A stretch of DNA of 64,000 nt from Octopus vulgaris (lineage: Eukaryota), in assembly GCA_951406725.2 (NCBI GenBank), contig OX597814.1, positions 225,432,001 to 225,496,000 of the forward strand, in the 5' to 3' direction. Shown here piece after piece: positions 53,727-64,000 of this stretch; the first letter of the stretch is position 1; every line of letters starts with the position of its first letter. The notes under the pieces are model-generated. The model was not told the DNA's origin and did no database searches. It worked only from the letters and a program-made list of their open reading frames with translations. The translations under genes and the position numbers were made by a program.

Positions 53727-56405
53727 TTATTTATTTGGATGGTGTGGGCGTGTATATATTGGTGTATATATCGAGTATTGTATGTATGTATAAGTATGTA
53801 TGAGTATGTATATGTGTGTGGTGTAGGTGTGTGTACATATGTGTGTGTATATATGTATATGAAAGTATGTGAGTATATATGTGTATATGTGTATGTATAT
53901 GTATATGTATGTAGATGTGTGTGTGTGTATATACGTATTTGTGCATGTGTATGTGTATATATGTATATATGTATATGTGCATGCGTGAGTTTGGTATTTT
54001 ATTATATTGTGTATGCGTGTGTGTGGTTGTACTATAAATGTTTTGTGTAGTATATGGGTTTGTTATGAATATTAGTCTTAGGTTGGGATGTGTGGGTGTG
54101 GGAAATAGTTTATAGTGTGGGGGTATTGCTATATAGATTTGTATTGTGTATTTAATAATTGTTGGTTTTAGTCATTTAATTTTTTATGTGCGTTTCATTA
54201 TCATGGTTATTTTTAATGAATATTATATCTGTGTCTATATGTATATGTGTATGCATAGATATATATATATATATGTATGTGGATGTGTACGTATTTAGAT
54301 AAGTTTATTTACATTCATATATTATACTATAATATTAATTTATGGCTGATATGGGTATAACCTGATACGGGTTGAATTGGATGAATGGGAGCCACATGTT
54401 GTTGAATGCATAGGGGTGCATTTGGATGGTTGTCCCCTATATATTGTGAATGTTTCCAATCCCCTTGTATTATAGTTTGGGAATGGTGATCATGGCAGAT
54501 TTATTTATGCTGGGTGAGATTGTGATGTAGCCATATATACGTATATATAGATGTATGGGAGGGTGTCCGTGAATATGCATGTGCATGTGCGTGTGTGCAC
54601 GTGTGCGCGTGTACTAGTGTATGTGTAGATGCGGGTGTGCATGCGTGCACATGTACATGCGTGTGCTTGTGTATGCACATGTATACATGCATGCTTGCAT
54701 GTGCGCGCGTTTGCACTCGTATGAGTGTACACACTCATACTTATTTTTTTGTGAATGTGTGTGTTTTTATATATATGAGTATTTGATGTGTGTGTATATA
54801 TATATATATATATTTATGGATGTATATGTATTTATTTATTTATTTGTATGAGTGTGGGTGTGAATATATTGGTGTATATATCGTGTATTGTACGTATGTA
54901 TATGTATATGTGAGTGTGTATATGTATATGGGTGTGGGTGGGTGTAAATATGTGAGTGTATATGTGTGTGAATGTATAGATGGGGGGATTGCAATATAGG
55001 CTTGTTCTTGTGTATCTGTTAATGGGTGGTTTTGATCATTATATTTGTTTTGTTTGGGTTTGTTTATCATGCTTGTTTTATTAAAGAATATTTTAGTAAA
55101 TTCATTCTATTTACGATGATAAACATATTATTCCATTCATAATCTTTAAAATAACGTTGGTTCATCACGCGCAAAGAATTTATAAAAAATTTATTCTATT
55201 TCTGTTGATAACGTAATTTCTTAAACGCTGTAAGACGTTTGTCATTCAAATTTACTTCATAGTTCAAAATTGCATAGAAGGTACGTACTTTTTTTTAAGA
55301 TCTCCAAATTGTAATTTTTAATATGTATAAGCCTTTGAATAATAATATTCTCCTTATGTTAATCTTGTTGTTTATGTAGTGATCTATTTATCGTATTTTT
55401 CTTTGTTATTAGTTATTAAATAATTTAGACAAACTTTGATAAATAGATAGGTTTCGATTTAAAATGGTTTAGGCTATGTTTAATAATAGAATAATTTTAT
55501 ATACGATAATATTTCCATTCATAAATTTGTTTATAGTAATGATAGTATTTTTTAATAATATATTACTAAGTAAGGATTATTCCTATAAGTATGTAGCTGA
55601 GTATCTGTGTCTACTGGATTTGTTTCTCCTCTGTGTTAGAGTATTGCAGTGTGAATACGGTTATGTATGAATGATTGTATGTGTGTGTGTGAGTATGCAT
55701 TATTAATGTGTAGAAATATTGTCTTTATGTATTTGTGTATGTATAAATATATACGTGTGTGTGTGTTTGTTTACGTATTTATATATGGTTATTACATGCA
55801 TATAGTATATAGAATATATATGTGTGTGTGTTTGTCTACGTATTTATATATGGTTATTACATATATATAGTATATAGTATTTAATAATATTTTACTAAGA
55901 ATGAAATGTTTCTATAAGTTTGTGGTTGAGTATCTGCGGCTACTGGATGTTATATTTCCTCTGTGTTAGTATCATGTTGAGAGAATATGTTTATGAATGA
56001 GTGATTGTATGTGTGTGTGTGGGAGTATGAATAAGTAATGTGTAGAAGTATACGGCTACATTATAAATTTATCTTTGTCTATATGTTTATGTGTATGTAT
56101 AGATATATATATGTGTGTGTGAGTTTGTGTATGTATTTAGATATGTTTATATAAATACATGGATATATGTGCATGATCATGTGTGTATATATATTTTTTA
56201 TTTTTTTGTTTTTTGTTTCTTGAAATTAGCTATTTCATCTTTAAATATGAGAATTTAAATACTAGGTTTCATTATATACAATCGTTTATAGAGGTTATTT
56301 TAGTTTTTGATTATATATATTTTCATTGATAATTTTATATTTTATATATATTAGTCATTTCAAATTTATATCTTAAAAATATTGATTATATTTTAGGTCT
56401 TGAAA

Positions 56406-56451
56406 CCACCTGATGAATGTCCATAGAAGTGACAAGAAACGATCGTAGTGG
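56406..56451 (+). ncRNA. Type I hammerhead ribozyme (sense 3' pLTR)
   Basis: ccac CTGATGA a-tgtc...gaca-a GAAA cgatcg TA gtgg. Confidence 0.78.
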
Positions 56452-56637
56452 ATATCTTAATTATATTTAATTTATATAAAGATTTTTGTGTATTGGATTA
56501 AGTCTTTCTTTGTTTGATTTGCATAATAGTGGTTTTGTCTCTAATTAATATTATATTATATTTTACTATAAAATTGAATTCAATCCTAAATCTGATTTTT
56601 CCCTGTAAATTTGGTTTTTTCCCTAATATTTATTATA

Positions 56638-56676
<39 letters not shown>

Positions 56677-56681
<5 letters not shown>

Positions 56682-59600
56682 CACCAAAACAATTAAAACC
56701 ATCCACTCTCGCCTCAACATTTCTGCTTAATGCCCAAGGCATCAGCCCTTCCACCAATACACAAAAATAGAAGATAAGATTCCTGGAGGACTGGGTCGAG
56801 GCCCATCCAAACCACATCCCTTTCTTCGTCCTCACTGAAACCCATCTTAGTGACCTCCACTTGGAAGCCGAGGTGAAAGTTAAAAATTTCAAAACCATTC
56901 GTGCTGATCGTGCTGGCAGAAGAAAGGGTGGGACTGCCATTTATGTCCATGATTCATTCTCAACAGAAGCCATGAACATACTTTTCAATGGATACCGCGA
57001 AGCAGTCGCTGTATTCAGTCAAACCAACAACTTAACAGTAGTTGGGCTCTATAGACCACCCCAAACGCCCCTACCATGCTTCAAGGAATGCCTCAACAGC
57101 ATAAAGTGTTTCATTCAGCAGTGTCAACCTGACAACATTTTAATGATGGGAGACTTCAACCTTCCCGGGGTTGACTGGTCTACAAACAGTCTGCCGCCAG
57201 GTTCTTCTCTCTCAACCCCTGACAGGGAGGCAGTGGAATCGCCTCTTGACTTCATGGATGATTTCTTCCTGTCCCAACTGGTACTCGAACCAACGAGATG
57301 TCATAAATACGTCTTAATTTTCAGCAATCACACTGATACTATCCACAATATTGCAGTGGAGAAAACCCTACTCTCCGACCATGACATGGTTCTCTGTGAT
57401 CTGAGATTTCACTGGCCAAAATGCAAAACAAATGTCATCCCTCCTGTTCATCCATTTGACACTATGGATTTCCACAATGCAAACTGGGAAGCGATCAATA
57501 ATGATCTTGCACAAGTCGATTGGTCCTTCACGCACACATACACACCCACTAACATCAAAAAGTCCTGGCAGTCACTTGTAGACACCATCACGAACATATG
57601 TGCAAGACACACCCCATTAAGATCTGCAAACAAATCTAAGTGTCGACTCCCTAGAAATAGAAAATCTCTCATAAGGAAAATTAAAAGAATTAACAAAAAG
57701 ATCAACATGCTGAAATACTGTCAACAGCAACACACCAACCTGACTGCCATCTCGTCGCTAGAGATTAAAAAACATAAACTCCAAAACAACATGATGTCTA
57801 TCATCAATAGTCAGCGAAGAGCTGAAGAGGCCTGGGCCATTGAGAAGATCAAACTCAATCCCAAAGTGTTCTTTTCATTTGCAAAAAAACACAGAGTCAC
57901 TGGTTCTACTGTTGGCCCTCTGATTGATGAAAATGGTACTCTTCAAGACAATGCCAAAACCATGGGAGAGATATTGCAGAAACAATATTGCTCTGTTTTC
58001 AGCAATCCTGATATGACTGATCTGGGCTGTATCAGTGATGTTACTCCCCAATACACTTTATCGGACATAACCTTTGGCGCTCCTGATGTCTTAGCAGCAA
58101 TAAAGGAAATGAAGCATAATTCAGCAGTATGTCCCGATAGGTTCCCTGCTTGTGTCTTGAAGACGTGTCAAAACCAACTTGCACCCCTTCTAGCCAATCT
58201 GTGGCGGAACTCACTGGATGCTGGATATATACCAGAAGACCTTCTATCCCAGTCTGTTGTCCCAGTTTTCAAAAAAGGAAACAAATCGCTTGCCGTGAAT
58301 TACCGTCCAATCTCACTCACCTCTCATATCATCAAGGTATTTGAGAGGGTGCTGAGATCGCGTATGACTCACTTCCTTGAGAGTCATAATATGCTGAACC
58401 CCAACCAGCATGGATTCCGTAATGGGAGAGATTGCCTGACGCAGCTACTGCATCATTTTGATGACATTTTGAGAGCCTTGGAGAAGGTTCCAACACTGAT
58501 GTCATCTACCTTGATTTCAGCAAGGCCTTTGACAGGGTTGATCATAAGATCCTTCTGAGAAAGCTGTCCAATATTGGTGTCACTGGAAAGCTGCTGCAGT
58601 GGATCAAGTGCTTCCTGTCTAACAGAACCCAACATGTAGTCGAAGGAGTCAAATCCAGCCCAGCCAAAGTCAGCAGTGGTGTCCCACAAGGCACTGTGTT
58701 GGGACCACTTCTCTTCATCATCTACATAAATGATATTACTGACACCATCAAACACAGCAACATCAGAACCTTCGCTGATGATTCCAAGCTCCAGAAGGTC
58801 ATCAATGGCGTGGATGACCGAATAAACCTTCAGTCAGACCTACTGGCTGTTGTCCAATGGGCGGAAAAGAATAACATGTTGCTACATGAAGACAAATTCG
58901 AACTGATCCACTTTGGAAGGGAGGACGCTCTGAAACTCCCATACTCTCTTCCTTCTGGAGAAATTCTCATGGCATCCAACAACATCAAGACTTGGGAGTA
59001 ACAGTGGACAACAACATAAGCTGGGCTACACATATAAGCAGCAAAGTTGACATGGCCCGCAGAATGTGTTCCTGGATTCTCAGAACCTTCCAGTCGAGAG
59101 ATTCCCACACTATTATCCTTCTCTTCTCCCTTTTGCCCAACCCCACCTTGAATACTGCTGTCCACTGTGGTCTCCCTACACAAAACAAAATATTATGAGA
59201 ATTGAAGCTCCCCAAAGGTCAATCACAAAAAAGATAGATGGCATGTCAGACCTTGACTACTGGGGTAGACTAGAGAAGCTGAAATTGTATTCACTCCAAC
59301 GACGCCGTGAACGCTACATTATCTGTATGATGTGGAAAAATATTCCATCAGTACTGTCCGAATGATGTTGGCATCACCTTCAAAATACATCCAAGGCTTG
59401 GACCACGTGCCACCCGTCCACAACGAAAATCTAAATCGCATCACATAACGACAATACGGCACAACTATTTCACCTCAATTGGACCCGCTCTCTTCAACAT
59501 TACACCAGGACACGTCAAAAAAGAAACTGACCACACAAAATTCAAGAAGTCTTTGGACAAATTCCTTCAAACAGTACCGGACAAACCACCCACACCCGGA

Positions 59601-59744
59601 TATGTCTCCGCAAACAATAACTCTCTGCTCGAATGGGCCTTGGTGCCCAAATCCTGAACTGAAAGACTTCGCCAGGTGGTGCTATTAAGTTAGACATGGC
59701 CTGGGCCAATACTGGCCAAAACCTTTCTAGGTTATTCTAAGTTA
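56677..59744 (+). mobile_element. APE-RT LINE (CR1/L2-like group) with near-complete ORF2, frameshifted
   Basis: APE motifs NAQG, LTETHL, GGTAIYV, LYRPP, MGDFN, SDH; RT motifs [28 protein letters not shown]; 3' tail of (TTCTA(A/G)GTTA) units. Confidence 0.93.
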
Positions 59745-59752
59745 TATGTATA

Positions 59753-59794
59753 TACTTTGATACTTTGATACTTTGATAGGTTTCGGTCATTATT
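59753..59794 (-). mobile_element. Very short LINE-like 3' tail with (TATCAAAG)3
   Basis: Reverse complement aataatgaccgaaacctatcaaagtatcaaagtatcaaagta parallels the family's tail structure. Confidence 0.5.
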
Positions 59795-61595
<1,801 letters not shown>

Positions 61596-61602
61596 TATAT
61601 AC

Positions 61603-61675
<73 letters not shown>

Positions 61676-61677
<2 letters not shown>

Positions 61678-64000
61678 ACTTAGAATAACTTAGAAAGGTT
61701 TTTGGCCAGTATTGGCCCAGGCCATGTCTAACTTAATAGCACCACCTGGCGAAGTCTTTCAGTTCAGGATTTGGGCACCAAGGCCCATTCGAGCAGAGAG
61801 TTATTGTTTGCGGAGACATATCCGGGTGTGGGTGGTTTGTCCGGTACTGTTTGAAGGAATTTGTCCAAAGACTTCTTGAATTTTGTGTGGTCAGTTTCTT
61901 TTTTGACGTGTCCTGGTGTAATGTTGAAGAGAGCGGGTCCAATTGAGGTGAAATAGTTGTGCCGTATTGTCGTTATGTGATGCGATTTAGATTTTTGTTG
62001 TGGACGGATGGCACGTGGTCCAAGCCTTGGATGCATTTTGAAGGTGATGCCAACATCATTCGGACAGTGCTGATGGAATATTTTCCACATCATACAGATA
62101 ATGTAGCGTTCACGGCGTCGTTGGAGTGAATACAATTTCAGCTTCTCTAGTCTACCCCAGTAGTCAAGGTCTGACATGCCATCTATCTTTTTTGTGATTG
62201 ACCTTTGGGAAGCTTCAATTCTCATAATATTTTGTTTTGTGTAGGGAGACCACAGTGGACAGCAGTATTCAAGGTGGGGTCGGGCAAAAGTGGAGAAGAG
62301 AAGGATAATAGCGTGGGAATCTCTCGACTGGAAGGTTCTGAGAATCCAGGAACACATTCTGCGGGCCATGTCAACTTTGCTGCTTATATGTGTAGCCCAG
62401 CTTATGTTGTTGTCCACTGTTACTCCTAAGTCTCTGATGTTGTTGGATGCCATGAGAATTTCTCCAGAAGGAAGAGAGTATGGGAGTTTCAGAGCGTCCT
62501 CCCTTCCAAAGTGGATCAGTTCGAATTTGTCTTCATTTAGCAACATGTTATTCTTTTCCGCCCATTGGACAACAGCCAGTAGGTCTGACTGAAGGTTTAT
62601 TCGGTCATCCACGCCATTGATGACCTTCTGGAGCTTGGAATCATCAGCGAAGGTTCTGATGTTGCTGTGTTTGATGGTGTCAGTAATATCATTTATGTAG
62701 ATGATGAAGAGAAGTGGGCCCAACACAGTGCCTTGTGGGACACCACTGCTGACTTTGGCTGGGCTGGATTTGACTCCCTCGACTACAACATGTTAGGTTC
62801 TGTTAGAGAGGAAGCACTTGATCCATTGCAGCAGCTTTCCAGTGACACCAATATTGGACAGCTTTCTCAGAAGGATCTTATGATCAACCCTGTCAAAGGC
62901 CTTGCTGAAATTAAGGTAGATGACATCAGTGTTGGAACCCTCTCCCAAGGCTCTCAAAATGTCATCAAAATGATGCAGTAGCTGCGTCAGGCAATCTCTC
63001 CCATTACGGAATCCATGCTGGTTGGGGTTCAGCATATTATGACTCTCAAGGAAGTGAGTCATACGCGATCTCAGCACCCTCTCAAATACCTTGATGATAT
63101 GAGAGGTGAGTGAGATTGGACGGTAATTCACGGCAAGCGATTTGTTTCCTTTTTTGAAAACTGGGACAACAGACTGGGATAGAAGGTCTTCTGGTATATA
63201 TCCAGCATCCAGTGAGTTCCGCCACAGATTGGCTAGAGGGGGTGCAAGTTGGTTTTGACACATCTTCAAGACACAAGCAGGGAACCTATCGGGACATACT
63301 GCTGAATTATGCTTCATTTCCTTTATTGCTGCTAAGACATCAGGAGCGCCAAAGGTTATGTCCGATAAAGTGTATTGGGGAGTAACATCACTGATACAGC
63401 CCAGATCAGTCATATCAGGATTGCTGAAAACAGAGCAATATTGTTTCTGCAATATTTCTCCCATGGTTTTGGCATTGTCTTGAAGAGTACCATTTTCATC
63501 AATCAGAGGGCCAACAGTAGAACCAGTGACTCTGTGTTTTTTTGCAAATGAAAAGAACACTTTGGGATTGAGTTTGATCTTCTCAATGGCCCAGGCCTCT
63601 TCAGCTCTTCGCTGACTATTGATGATAGACATCATGTTGTTTTGGAGTTTATGTTTTTTAATCTCTAGCGACGAGATGGCAGTCAGGTTGGTGTGTTGCT
63701 GTTGACAGTATTTCAGCATGTTGATCTTTTTGTTGATTCTTTTAATTTTCCTTATGAGAGATTTTCTATTTCTAGGGATTCGACACTTAGATTTGTTTGC
63801 AGATCTTAATGGGGTGTGTCTTGCACATATGTTCGTGATGGTGTCTACAAGTGAATGCCAGGACTTTTTGATGTTAGTGGGTGTGTATGTGTGCGTGAAG
63901 GACCAATCGACTTGTGCAAGATCATTATTGATCGCTTCCCAGTTTGCATTGTGGAAATCCATAGTGTCAAATGGATGAACAGGAGGGATGACATTTGTTT
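61676..64000 (-). mobile_element. LINE copy nearly identical to 56677-59744, continuing past the window end
   Basis: ORFs 62793-63962 and 61764-62726 are separated by a single in-frame stop (CAA to TAA); same 3' tail. Confidence 0.94.

Larger units (their letters stand above)
50799..56635 (+). mobile_element. AT-rich Naiad-like PLE with inverted terminal pLTR copies and about 3 kb 3' UTR
   Basis: 50799-51050 is the reverse complement of 56298-56549; RT-GIY-YIG coding region between them; hammerhead in each repeat. Confidence 0.88.

Overview
AT-rich, repeat-saturated animal genomic DNA with no convincing host protein-coding gene. The SINE, LINE and microsatellite landscape looks like a coleoid cephalopod, most likely Octopus (inference from recognised repeat types, not a database hit). 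Nearly all long ORFs in the track are artefacts of (TATG)n and (TA)n arrays. Real coding remnants are all transposon-derived: two mariner copies with TIRs and TA duplications; Penelope-like elements (PLEs) of Neptune-like, Naiad-like and Poseidon-like types; a cluster of young APE-RT LINEs inserted at (TA)n tracts; R4/Dong, RTE and probable hAT fragments; three non-autonomous Helitron-like elements; and many tRNA-derived SINEs. The most striking hidden layer is RNA structure. About 13 type-I hammerhead ribozyme motifs (9 with an intact CUGA(U/A)GA...GAAA core and pairing stems, 4 variant or decayed) mark PLE termini on both strands. Several fold-back inverted duplications also occur, including a 272-bp-arm palindrome with a hammerhead on each strand and an inverted copy of target DNA at a PLE 5' junction. 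There is also a 140-nt imperfect hairpin rich in G-U pairs and A-C mismatches.
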